Of a DNA stretch of 64,000 nt, positions 55,721 to 64,000 are shown one piece after another. The notes under the pieces are model-generated. The model searched no databases. It saw nothing but the letters and a program-made list of their open reading frames with translations, and had not been told where the DNA came from. Within the stretch, counting starts at the first letter, position 1, and every line of letters starts with the position of its first letter. This stretch comes from Bacteroidales bacterium (GTDB lineage: Bacteria; Bacteroidota; Bacteroidia; Bacteroidales; ML635J-15). The stretch lies in the NCBI GenBank assembly GCA_003249955.1, contig QKHS01000018.1, positions 20,912 to 84,911 of the forward strand, written 5' to 3'. The translations under genes were made by a program, and so were the position numbers.

Positions 55721-57097
55721 CTACCTTTGAATTTTCCCTCTGGCAAACGAAAAATAAATTCCTGCAGCACAAATAACAGCAAAACTTACAAATCCCCATT
55801 TTACAGCCTGCATAAAAACCCCGGCAGGGACAGTTTTAACGGCATGATTTCCAAAAAGTGCAGCAAAAAACAGCGTAACTATAGTCATACTGGTTATCTG
55901 TCCAAGAACCCTCATAGTGGCAGAAGTTCCCGAAGCCAGCCCGTATTGTGATTTATCCACCGAGCCCATAATTGTGTTCATATTGGGAGATGAAAACATT
56001 GCAAAACCAAGCCCCATCATAATCAAGAGAAAAACAATTATCCAGACCGGAGTGGAAGGTGTAAGAAAAGCAAATGCAGCAAGGCCGGCTGTACAAATAC
56101 TCATTCCTGCCGTAGCAAGAAAACGCGGCTGTATTTTGTCGGACAAACGTCCCGCCACAGGAGACAATGCTGCCATAATTACTGGTTGGGCAATAAGTAT
56201 CATTCCGGCATCGCGTGGTGAAAGTGCCTTAATCTTTTGCAGATATAAACTTAACAAAAAGACAATAGCAAATGTAGCACTGTAATTTATCATTGCTGCA
56301 ATATTGGAGAAAGCAAAAAGTCTGTTTCTGGTAAAAAGTTTTGTCTCAAATACCGGGGAAGCCGATTTTGACTCAATAAACCAAAACAGTACAAGACAAA
56401 TAATACCAGCAATCATAAGCAACCAACCGCTTAAATGAGGAATTTGCGACGAACCGTAAACCATTGCAAATAATCCCGGCATATAAAACATTGTTCCTTT
56501 AAAGCTTATTTTTTGTTTTTCTTCCGGATTTACATCGTCTTTACCCAAAAAGCGGAACGCAATAAATGCCACAATAACTCCTATAACTGTAGAAATGTGA
56601 AACAGTGCTCTCCAACCTGCATACTGGGTTATAAATCCTCCCACAAAAGGACCAAAAGCCAACCCAAGGTAAACAGAAGCTACTGAAAATCCCAGAACAC
56701 GTCCTCTGTGCTGTGGCGGAAAAGACGAAACCAATATTGCCGGACCTGTAGTTGATGTTAGTGCTGCTCCGGCACCCTGAATAAACCTGAAAGCTATAAG
56801 CCATACACCTCCGGGTGCAAACCCGCTGGCAAGTGAAAAAAGTGTAAAAATTATTATTCCGGCTTTAAAAAACTTACGGACACCGGTAACATCGCTTACG
56901 CGTCCTGCAGGTAGTAAAAACATTGCCGACGAAAGTAAAAACGATGTTACAACCCAGCTTAGCTGAACAGCATCAAGATTAAAACTTTTCTCAATTGCCG
57001 GTAATGCAATATTTACCGATGAAATAAGAAATGTCCCCATAAAAGAAGTAACGGCGACAATGGATAATATTGAGATTTGTTTTCTGGTATAAGTCAT
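55721..57097 (-). CDS. MFS transporter (DHA2/EmrB-like drug:H+ antiporter)
   Basis: 458 aa, probably 14 TM helices. Contains LSWVVTSFLLSSAMFLLPAGRVSDVTGVRK, the motif A region. Confidence 0.8.
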   Translation of the reverse strand: MTYTRKQISILSIVAVTSFMGTFLISSVNIALPAIEKSFNLDAVQLSWVVTSFLLSSAMFLLPAGRVSDVTGVRKFFKAGIIIFTLFSLASGFAPGGVWLIAFRFIQGAGAALTSTTGPAILVSSFPPQHRGRVLGFSVASVYLGLAFGPFVGGFITQYAGWRALFHISTVIGVIVAFIAFRFLGKDDVNPEEKQKISFKGTMFYMPGLFAMVYGSSQIPHLSGWLLMIAGIICLVLFWFIESKSASPVFETKLFTRNRLFAFSNIAAMINYSATFAIVFLLSLYLQKIKALSPRDAGMILIAQPVIMAALSPVAGRLSDKIQPRFLATAGMSICTAGLAAFAFLTPSTPVWIIVFLLIMMGLGFAMFSSPNMNTIMGSVDKSQYGLASGTSATMRVLGQITSMTIVTLFFAALFGNHAVKTVPAGVFMQAVKWGFVSFAVICAAGIYFSFARGKIQR

Positions 57098-57162
57098 TTG
57101 AAATTATTTTCGGTTGCAAATTTAAGTTTTTTACCAATTAACCTCAAAGCAGGGACTTTGTT

Positions 57163-58092
57163 TTAAAACCATCTTCTTCTCCTGAAAAACATAACTCCCA
57201 AAACTGACAAAACCAACGAACCCGAAATAATAGCAGGCATTGCCCACGTCGCTTTTTCCATAAAATTAGGAACATTCATACCGAAAATACTGGCAACTAA
57301 AGTCGGGATCATCAACACAATGGAAATTACCGTAAGTTGTTTCATTATAACGTTAAGGTTGTTCGATATTACAGAAGCAAAAGTTTCCATTGTCCCGCTC
57401 TGAATATCTGAATAAATTTGTGCCATCTCAAGAGCCTGTTTATTTTCAATAAAAGCATCTTCGAGCAAATCTTCGTTTATCTCGGATGTAATCTTTTTTG
57501 AATTCCGCAGTCTTGCCAGAACAATCTCATTTGCTTTTATGGAAGTAATAAAATAAACCAGGCACTTTTCCATTTTTAAAAGCTGATTTAATTCTTTGGT
57601 TTTAATAGACTTCTCCAGATCCTGCTCTATTGCCGAAGTCATCTGGTTTATTTGTTTAAGGTAGTTAAGATATAAACTTCCCGAACGTAAAAACAAACGC
57701 AGAATAAAATTGATATTATCGGTTATGCTCCGGTATTGTTCACGGAAGAACGCAGGTTGGCCTATTGGCAGAACTTCGTTGTCCTGAAGACAAAGTGTTA
57801 ATGTGAAATTTTCGGTAAGGAAAATGCCAAGCGGAACTGTATGGAAAGGAACCCCGTTGTTTGTAACCTCAACCGGAATACGCATAATTATCAAAGTCCA
57901 GTCGTCCTCAAACTCGATACGTGGCCTTTCATCAACGTCTAAAATATCGTTAACGGAATCGTTTGGCAACTCAAAATGCTCTGTAAGTCTTACAATCTCT
58001 GCCTGCGTTGGATTAGTAACATTAATCCAGCAATTTTTTTCGGGGTTGGAAATTTCTGTGTATCCTCCGAAAGTTTTGAAGATTTTTATCAT
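57163..58092 (-). CDS. corA: CorA-family magnesium/cobalt transporter
   Basis: 309 aa with two C-terminal TM helices and the signature FGMNVP (GMN). Confidence 0.85.
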   Translation of the reverse strand: MIKIFKTFGGYTEISNPEKNCWINVTNPTQAEIVRLTEHFELPNDSVNDILDVDERPRIEFEDDWTLIIMRIPVEVTNNGVPFHTVPLGIFLTENFTLTLCLQDNEVLPIGQPAFFREQYRSITDNINFILRLFLRSGSLYLNYLKQINQMTSAIEQDLEKSIKTKELNQLLKMEKCLVYFITSIKANEIVLARLRNSKKITSEINEDLLEDAFIENKQALEMAQIYSDIQSGTMETFASVISNNLNVIMKQLTVISIVLMIPTLVASIFGMNVPNFMEKATWAMPAIISGSLVLSVLGVMFFRRRRWF

Positions 58093-58223
58093 GATATGTC
58101 TCCTTACAATTAGTCTGCAAGGAAACCCGAAGTGCCCCTTACAGAACTGTTAATAATTCTTTTTAATATAACTCGGGCCTTCGTCCATTTTGATTGTTTT
58201 TTTAATTTTACCTTGCAAAAGTA
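58093..58223 (-). promoter_or_regulatory. long corA leader (about 110 nt) with three mutually exclusive 8-mers and a candidate -7 box
   Basis: The -7 box TACTTTTG lies at 58216-58223 on the minus strand. The RNA segments are A CUGUAAGG (58137-58144), B CCUUGCAG (58115-58122) and C UUGUAAGG (58102-58109). Segment C overlaps the AAGGAG at 58100-58105, which lies 7 nt before the AUG. Confidence 0.4.
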
Positions 58224-58555
58224 ATTAAGTTTTTTTAGGATTCCTTACAATATTTAATTTTTTTGAAAAAAAATGCATTCAATTCATTGTGTTGTAATCT
58301 CTATGTAATTATTATGGAGTGTGCTTAACTTACTACTTTTTAATTTCAAACAAAATAAAATATCCATTAGATTGTTGAATTAAAATTTTACAGTAATTTA
58401 GTGCAGGTTTCAAAATACAAATTTTAAGTAAACAAAAGTCGTCAAAACAAATCATAAGCAGCATTTTTAAGAAAGTAATGCCGGTAAAATCAAAACTCAT
58501 ATATTTTACCGGTTAGTTGTAATAAAAATAAATCACAAATAGTTCACTAAAACAT

Positions 58556-59119
58556 ATGAAAACTAAAATCTTATTACTTTCTGTTATTTCACTGGTTATG
58601 ATAAGTTGCTCTAACTCCGAACATGAAAATTTGCAAACTACGGAACAATCTGAAGATAATCAGATAATGCCATCAGATTCAGAAATTAATGTAACTATAA
58701 AAGAAATATATGAACAACATATAGCTCAGCAACAATTTGAAAGTGAGAAGGAATTTATACTTTCTTTTCCACTTGTATCAAACCGGTATTACATAACTGA
58801 GGACGAAAGTAATATTACGATACAAAATCTTTTTTCCAATAAAGATTTGGCTTTTATGACAAAACAAAGCAAATTCAGGAACAACTTTATTCTTGATTCC
58901 ACCGTTTTTATGTATTATAAAATCCTGAAATCCAATGAAATTTATGAAGGGCCTGTAAATGAAATCACAATTCCTCTGTTTTCAATTGATAAGCAAATTA
59001 TACTCGTTCGGGAAAGCTATGGTAAAGGATTTTTATGTGGATACTCCAGTGTCACAATATACAAGAAAAAAAACAATATTTGGGTAACTTTAGCAGTAAT
59101 CAGTGCCTGGCAGTCTTAA
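58556..59119 (+). CDS. hypothetical lipoprotein
   Basis: Lipobox VMISCSNS. I recognise no family. Confidence 0.5.
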   Translation: MKTKILLLSVISLVMISCSNSEHENLQTTEQSEDNQIMPSDSEINVTIKEIYEQHIAQQQFESEKEFILSFPLVSNRYYITEDESNITIQNLFSNKDLAFMTKQSKFRNNFILDSTVFMYYKILKSNEIYEGPVNEITIPLFSIDKQIILVRESYGKGFLCGYSSVTIYKKKNNIWVTLAVISAWQS

Positions 59120-59565
59120 CCCCTTATCTTATCCAATATCCTGTTTAATTCTACAACCTCATCATTGGTTAAATTCTGAAGTAAATTGTCTGACTTATAT
59201 TCGCAGTCAATCATTTCAGCAATAAGAGAAATTCCTTTTTCGCTGATTTCCACATCTTTAATCCTGCGGTCTGTACTGTTTTCTTTACGGTTTACATAAC
59301 CCTGATTTACCAGCCTGTCAACAATTCTGCTTACATCGGAGTTCCTGTCAAGCATGCGTTCTTTTATAAAACTGATCGAAACCGGACCGTCGGAACGAAA
59401 ACCACGAAGGACTCTCAAAACATTGTATTGAGGCTCGCTGAGATTATGCTTTTTTAAATGCTGCAAAAACTCATAATTAAGTTGGTTTACAGTATAAGTC
59501 AGATTAATTATTCCCCTGTGGTATTCGTTTCTGAACCGGCCCTTGATTTCGTCATCAATTTTCAT
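59116..59565 (-). CDS. MarR-family transcriptional regulator
   Basis: 149 aa with the wHTH LSEPQYNVLRVLRG...VSRIVDRLVNQGYVNRKENSTDRRIKDVEISEKG. Confidence 0.8.
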   Translation of the reverse strand: MKIDDEIKGRFRNEYHRGIINLTYTVNQLNYEFLQHLKKHNLSEPQYNVLRVLRGFRSDGPVSISFIKERMLDRNSDVSRIVDRLVNQGYVNRKENSTDRRIKDVEISEKGISLIAEMIDCEYKSDNLLQNLTNDEVVELNRILDKIRG

Positions 59566-59924
59566 TTTCTTAAAATTTTGGTCAACAATTCGGGATTTCT
59601 TATCAAACTACCTATCCACACGGTTATCAAAACTGCAGAAGGCATCATAATGCTCATTCCCGCTGTCATGTGAATAATAATTGCTCCTCCCATGTACGAA
59701 CTTAGTAAAATCGTTCCAAATATATTGGTTCGCGGGAATAAAAACAACAAAGCTGATGTAATTTCTCCGGCAGCTATTAGTATTCTCCAGTCTGCAAGGT
59801 TCATCTGTGCCATTTGTTCAGGGTGCATAAATTTACCGCTTGCACTAAAGAAAAACAGTGCAGCAAGCAGGCCGGCAATAAGCCAACCTGCTACTTTTCT
59901 TATTTTATCTGTTTTTGTTTTCAT
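59562..59924 (-). CDS. DoxX-family membrane protein
   Basis: About 120 aa with 4 TM helices and a GKFMHPE...GGAIIIH pattern. I moved the start to Met10. It overlaps the marR start by 4 nt. Confidence 0.6.
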   Translation of the reverse strand: MKTKTDKIRKVAGWLIAGLLAALFFFSASGKFMHPEQMAQMNLADWRILIAAGEITSALLFLFPRTNIFGTILLSSYMGGAIIIHMTAGMSIMMPSAVLITVWIGSLIRNPELLTKILRK

Positions 59925-59950
59925 GACTTCTATCTTATGTAAACCTAACA

Positions 59951-60568
59951 TTAAATTACTTTAACGATCTTGTCAAAATCCAGTCTGGGACGACGCGGAT
60001 AAAGCGGTTTAGCTTCATCATGATAACCAAAAGTAATCAGCATTACCACGGTTTCGTTTTCGCCAAGGCCGAATTCTTTGTGAATACCGTCAAAATCAAT
60101 TCCCGACATAGGGTGAGAATCAACACCATATTCCTTAGCTGCCAGCATAAGTGACATTGCCAGCAAGCCCACGTTGCTCTCTGCAAATTTCATCTTTCTC
60201 ACCTCGTCCGAACCATACAAATAAGCGGCTGCCTGTTTTGCCCCGTCCACCATTTGCTGATTTCCGCCAACACTTTGAAGCATTTCAGCCCAAACCGGAT
60301 TGCTGTCGTCCCAGCCATTTTTGTTGCCAACTAAAATCAAACTTACTGATGCTTCAACCACCTTCTCCTGATTGTTGGCTAACTTCATCAGTCTTTCTTT
60401 GGCTGAATCACTTTCTGCAACTATTATTCTCCATGGCTGAAGATTAAATGCCGACGGTGCCAGAACTGCCACATTAATAATGTCTTTCAATGTCTGTGAA
60501 TTAACCTTCTTTGATTTGTCAAAAAAGTTTACAGATCTTCTCTCGTTATAAAGCTTTATTGTTTCCAT
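59951..60568 (-). CDS. NAD(P)H nitroreductase-family flavoprotein
   Basis: 205 aa containing YNERRSVNFFD, APSAFNLQPWR and a nitroreductase-fold pattern. Confidence 0.8.
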   Translation of the reverse strand: METIKLYNERRSVNFFDKSKKVNSQTLKDIINVAVLAPSAFNLQPWRIIVAESDSAKERLMKLANNQEKVVEASVSLILVGNKNGWDDSNPVWAEMLQSVGGNQQMVDGAKQAAAYLYGSDEVRKMKFAESNVGLLAMSLMLAAKEYGVDSHPMSGIDFDGIHKEFGLGENETVVMLITFGYHDEAKPLYPRRPRLDFDKIVKVI

Positions 60569-60658
60569 AAAATTATTTTTTGTTTTAAAATTACCTACAT
60601 AACAAGTTTCACCATTATTTGTTGCAACATATTTTATTTTTTTTGAATTAATGGGTTT

Positions 60659-60717
60659 GAAGACGGAAGACTGAAGACGGGTTTAATGCTATACAAGTCT
60701 TCTATCTCAGGTCTTCC
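60659..60717. repeat. heptamer array GAAGACN x3 with an inverted partner
   Basis: Positions 60659-60680 read GAAGACGGAAGACTGAAGACGG. Positions 60697-60717 read GTCTTCTATCTCAGGTCTTCC, the reverse-complement type. Confidence 0.65.
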
Positions 60718-60781
60718 ACAAAAAAATTGTCCCCAAAGCAAAAAGCCATGAGGACAAGACACGAAAACCAACACTGATATT

Positions 60782-61948
60782 TTATTCTACTGTATAACCT
60801 TTGATTTTTGCAAATTCAAGAATTGAAGAGTTTACTGCATTTCCGAAATCATCCATGGTTGCAACCGGATTCTTTTTTGCTTCCTGATCAATATATTCCT
60901 GACGTTTTTTTGAAAGCTCCTGAATTTCTTTTTGTATTTCTGTTCTTTCTTCGGTCATTTTATTAATTTCGGACTGCAACTGTTCCGAAGACATATTTTG
61001 GTATTTCTCCGGCAAAGTCTTTTTATCCACATTTTTAACATAATCCGGATCTTCCTTCGATTTATCAACCAGATCCCATTCATCATTTTTATAAACTGAT
61101 TTCGATTTTGATACTGTCCTTTCGGTATTGTTTGCTAAAGAAATATTCATAGCATTCTGATCCTGTACACTTTGGTTTGTGTAATTTGACAGGCCGGAAG
61201 TTCCGTAATAAATATAGGTCTTGTTAAGTTTTTCGTTATAAGTATTAATCTGTTCATCATAAGGAGTTTGAACATACACAACTTTTTCGTCGGGATTTAT
61301 ACAGAAATACTTTCCCTTTCCTTTGTCGGCTCCGTCTTTCCAGAATCCGGACACTCCTTCGTCATAAGAACCACAATGAATTGTATTTACAAAAATATCT
61401 TTTTTACGTGCCGCACCCACAGATTCAATGTAGTTTATGCTACCCTGAGTAAATTCCTCGTTGCCGGCAATGTAGATAAGTTTCATATTGCTTTCACCAT
61501 CACCCCAATCAAGGTTCTTAACAGCATCATCTATCACAGCTCCGCAATATTCAGAACCGCCGTAAGTTGTAATTGCAAAGAGCTTTTCCGAAATCAGATC
61601 CAGATTGCCTGTAAAAGGAGTTATTTTCTTAATATAATTTTCCTTTTCAGACAATCCGTCGTTTCCATACATATACAGAGCTATTTCTATTCCCGGCTCT
61701 TTACCGTTGTATTTCAAAGTTGTAAGAGTATTAACAATATTCCACAGCCTCGATTTTGCCTGTTCAATAAGTCCGTCCATGCTGTTTGAGGCATCCAGCA
61801 ATATCGCTACCTGAATTTTGGTTTCTGCATCCGGCAAGCTTACTTCCGACATAAGCCCGTTTGCTTTTAAAGTTGAACACAACACTCTATCGTTATTAAA
61901 AAACGAGAATGCGAAAATAAATGCAAGAATTACAATTGTTGTTTTCAT
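60782..61948 (-). CDS. secreted von Willebrand factor A (vWA) domain protein with C-terminal coiled coil
   Basis: Signal peptide, the MIDAS motif ILLDASNSMDG, and a C-terminal charged helix (SSEQLQSEINKMTEERTEIQKEIQELSKKRQEY). Confidence 0.65.
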   Translation of the reverse strand: MKTTIVILAFIFAFSFFNNDRVLCSTLKANGLMSEVSLPDAETKIQVAILLDASNSMDGLIEQAKSRLWNIVNTLTTLKYNGKEPGIEIALYMYGNDGLSEKENYIKKITPFTGNLDLISEKLFAITTYGGSEYCGAVIDDAVKNLDWGDGESNMKLIYIAGNEEFTQGSINYIESVGAARKKDIFVNTIHCGSYDEGVSGFWKDGADKGKGKYFCINPDEKVVYVQTPYDEQINTYNEKLNKTYIYYGTSGLSNYTNQSVQDQNAMNISLANNTERTVSKSKSVYKNDEWDLVDKSKEDPDYVKNVDKKTLPEKYQNMSSEQLQSEINKMTEERTEIQKEIQELSKKRQEYIDQEAKKNPVATMDDFGNAVNSSILEFAKIKGYTVE

Positions 61949-61998
61949 TTTGTTTGTTTTTAATCGTTAATAAAAATATTGGCTGTGAGTAATCATAA

Positions 61999-62029
61999 CT
62001 CCAGGTACTTTAGGCACTCCAGGCACTTC
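61999..62029. repeat. nonamer array (CTNNAGGCA-like, about 3 units)
   Basis: CTCCAGGTA-CTTTAGGCA-CTCCAGGCA-CTTC, located between the vWA gene start and the SIMPL gene stop. Confidence 0.6.
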
Positions 62030-62035
62030 TTCATC

Positions 62036-62740
62036 CTATAAAATCTCAAACTTTGCTTTTATCTCAAACCTCAGCTTTATTGATGGCACATATGATTCGC
62101 CTCCTTCGGAATATCCTGACGACGGCTGACTTACTACGCAGTTTGATGTAAGATTCTGAGCACTGTACGGGTTGTACCAGTAATTTGCATTTGCAGATTC
62201 CGGCATTTCGATAACTTCAATAACTTTTCCGGCTTTTTGTCCGATTGCTTCAAGCAAAGCTGATGCTTTTTCCTTTGCAGCAACCATTGCTTCTACTTTT
62301 ACCTGACGTCTGTATTCGGTAATCATAGAATGTGTACTCGAAGTTATTCTGATGTTACGAATATTATCAGCACCTAAATCGTTAATGAAGGCAAGATCAT
62401 ATTTTCGGCAATCGAGTTTAACTTTGTAGGTTTTTGTTTCATAATAATGGCGATACTCCCACCACCAATAATACCAGTAATAAGGATTTTCAATTGAAAC
62501 AAACGAAACAACTGATTCAGGAATATCATGAGCTTTTAGGGCATCATAAAGTTTTTTGTCCAGTTCCTCAATCGACTTTTTCGAATTCGACGGGCTGTAA
62601 AGGGTTATTTCCAGTTCAATTTGATCCGGCACTACAGTCATTTCGGCAGAACCTGTTACTTCAATGTACGGAATTTGTTTTTCCTGCGCCGGTAAATTTA
62701 CAGCCAGTAAAATCAAAAAGGCAAAAATAATTTTCTTCAT
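62036..62740 (-). CDS. SIMPL (DUF541) domain periplasmic/outer-membrane protein
   Basis: Signal peptide and IEVTGSAEMTVVPDQIELEITL, typical of the start of a SIMPL domain. Confidence 0.6.
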   Translation of the reverse strand: MKKIIFAFLILLAVNLPAQEKQIPYIEVTGSAEMTVVPDQIELEITLYSPSNSKKSIEELDKKLYDALKAHDIPESVVSFVSIENPYYWYYWWWEYRHYYETKTYKVKLDCRKYDLAFINDLGADNIRNIRITSSTHSMITEYRRQVKVEAMVAAKEKASALLEAIGQKAGKVIEVIEMPESANANYWYNPYSAQNLTSNCVVSQPSSGYSEGGESYVPSIKLRFEIKAKFEIL

Positions 62741-62800
62741 AATATTAAATTTTAAGTTTGTGCATCAAAATTAGCCACTGAATTTTCGTAATTTTACCTC

Positions 62801-62832
62801 ACTTGGTGAAACCATGATATGACTTGGTGAAA
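62801..62832 (+). promoter_or_regulatory. two identical 11-nt direct repeats (ACTTGGTGAAA) with 21-bp centre-to-centre spacing
   Basis: The repeats lie at 62801-62811 and 62822-62832, about 60 nt upstream of the ATG at 62892. Confidence 0.45.
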
Positions 62833-62891
62833 AAGCCGTGGAAAACAATAAAAAATGATTTACTTTGATTTATAAAATAAACCGGAGTTTT

Positions 62892-64000
62892 ATGAGGTCT
62901 GTATTAATGTTTTTGTTTGTGTTTTCAATTTGCTGTGCGGCAACCGGACAGATCGTAAACACAACCGATACGGCAAACATTCAGGTTTATGAAAACAACA
63001 TTAATTCGGCCTCTCAGAAACTTATCAACTCATTTAACAGTAATCAGGGAAATGATAAAATAGCTGAGGAATATTTTAATCTGGCCATGGAATTTGTAAA
63101 GGAAGGTGATTATGTGCGGGCCGAAATTTATCTGAAAAAGGCAATTGAGACTGTTCCTGACAAAAAATCCAGCAAAAGAATCGCCGTGTATTACCGCGAA
63201 CTGGCAAAGGTTCAGGAAATATTGCAAAATAAAGAGGATGCTGCAAAGAATTTCGCCAAAGCCTCTGAATTTTCTGTTGATAAATCACAAAAGCAAATTA
63301 ATTCAAACGATGCCAGCAGGGTAAAAAAGAATTCCGACCCTGAAACCGAACTAGGATACCTAACCCAAAATGCCATGATTCTGAGTAACACCTCTAATAG
63401 TGATGAAAAGGCTTACAATTACAATCAAATGGCATATGTAAACCTCTCGATGAATCAAACGGATCAGGCTTTTGCAAATTACAAAAATGCACTTACCGAG
63501 GTTGACGAACAAAGTAACGAAGCAATAGAGATTAAAAGTGACATTGCCAATTTGCTGGCAGAGACAAATAATTACAGCGAGGCAATTAATGTTCAGAAAG
63601 AAGTCGTTGAACAATCTTATAAGGTGTCGAATGTGCAGACTCAGGTTAAGCAAATGCGTCAGCTTTCGGATATTTACTTTGCCAATAACAGTACTACGGA
63701 AGGACTGCAGGTATTAAAAGATGCTTATAATCTGGCAATTGAAAAAGCCAATGTTATGGAAGCACGGGCAAGCCTGCTTGCTCTGGTAAATTTTTATGAA
63801 AAAAATAAAAATAATCAGGAAGTACTCCTGTTGTATAAGGACTTTATTACAAATCTTGACACTCTTATCTCAAAAGACAACAGCCTGATTGACATTAAAC
63901 TTTTTCAGGTTAACGAGGAAAAAATCTCTCAGCTTGAAAAGGAAAAGGTCCTTAAAGACGAGTTAATTGCAAGAAAAAACAATTATAATCTGATGTTGTT
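62892..64000 (+). CDS. TPR-repeat protein, 5' partial (probably the sensor part of a TPR-containing histidine kinase)
   Basis: This ORF is not in the supplied track because it is open at the window end. I translated it by hand from the ATG at 62892 and found 369 codons with no stop. It has a signal peptide (MRSVLMFLFVFSICCA), several TPR-like units (EEYFNLAMEFVKEGDYVRAEIYLKKAIE) and a terminal coiled coil (KISQLEKEKVLKDELIARK). Confidence 0.6.
   Translation, partial: MRSVLMFLFVFSICCAATGQIVNTTDTANIQVYENNINSASQKLINSFNSNQGNDKIAEEYFNLAMEFVKEGDYVRAEIYLKKAIETVPDKKSSKRIAVYYRELAKVQEILQNKEDAAKNFAKASEFSVDKSQKQINSNDASRVKKNSDPETELGYLTQNAMILSNTSNSDEKAYNYNQMAYVNLSMNQTDQAFANYKNALTEVDEQSNEAIEIKSDIANLLAETNNYSEAINVQKEVVEQSYKVSNVQTQVKQMRQLSDIYFANNSTTEGLQVLKDAYNLAIEKANVMEARASLLALVNFYEKNKNNQEVLLLYKDFITNLDTLISKDNSLIDIKLFQVNEEKISQLEKEKVLKDELIARKNNYNLML

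Noticed and set aside
58093-58223. M-box (ykoK) Mg2+ riboswitch upstream of corA
   Set aside because: The leader is only about 110 nt and shows none of the multi-helix M-box architecture. I keep it only as an unclassified candidate leader element.
61268-61789. 173-aa plus-strand ORF
   Set aside because: It is antisense to the vWA gene. AT-rich antisense frames in this genome often stay open by chance.
1-64000. Mobile elements, prophage, tRNA or rRNA genes
   Set aside because: I recognised no transposase, integrase, recombinase, phage structural gene (apart from the lone tail-collar domain protein), tRNA-like cloverleaf or rRNA segment on either strand.

Overview
This is a low-GC (about 35-45 % by eye) chromosomal segment that looks like Bacteroidota. 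The evidence is two intact cargo proteins with type-A C-terminal sorting domains for the type IX secretion system (T9SS), OmpA proteins with thrombospondin-3 (TSP3) repeats, LytTR response regulators, many lipoproteins and small beta-barrel outer-membrane proteins (OMPs), and the TAnnTTTG -7 promoter box 20-60 nt upstream of many start codons. I call about 52 protein-coding genes plus two decayed genes. I found no rRNA, tRNA, CRISPR array, transposase, integrase or obvious prophage.

Coding content falls into these groups:
- Housekeeping and transport: mntH, corA, an MFS transporter, bcp, dus, a fabF paralog with a TetR regulator, arginine deiminase, and two short-chain dehydrogenase/reductase (SDR) epimerases.
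- Glycan degradation: DUF4838, a GH3 with a PA14 insert, GH29 and GH20, with no SusC/SusD pair nearby.
- A MarR-DoxX-nitroreductase operon.
- Many envelope proteins.

The items most worth a second look are:
1. A three-gene split-HipA kinase toxin-antitoxin module (HipB/HipS/HipT-like) directly upstream of dus.
2. A 1,498-aa T9SS surface protein made of 18 near-identical 56-aa two-cysteine modules. It sits 26 nt downstream of an intrinsic terminator that ends a phage-tail-collar (MdpB-like) gene.
3. A single ORF that fuses FakA-like Dak2 and middle domains to a full DegV (FakB-like) domain.
4. A family of intergenic arrays built from three or so imperfect 7-9-nt units, often in inverted pairs. 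There are also two copies of a ~60-nt REP-like palindrome and one 128-bp element closed by a perfect 23-bp stem.
5. Candidate cis-regulatory elements: an unusually long corA leader with three mutually exclusive 8-mers (one covering an AAGGAG), a duplicated TetR-type palindrome, LytTR-style direct repeats and a 39-bp tandem repeat.

No complete, clearly novel multi-gene system is provable from sequence alone. All family calls rest on motif recognition, not database searches. Non-coding coordinates were indexed by hand and may be off by 1-2 nt.
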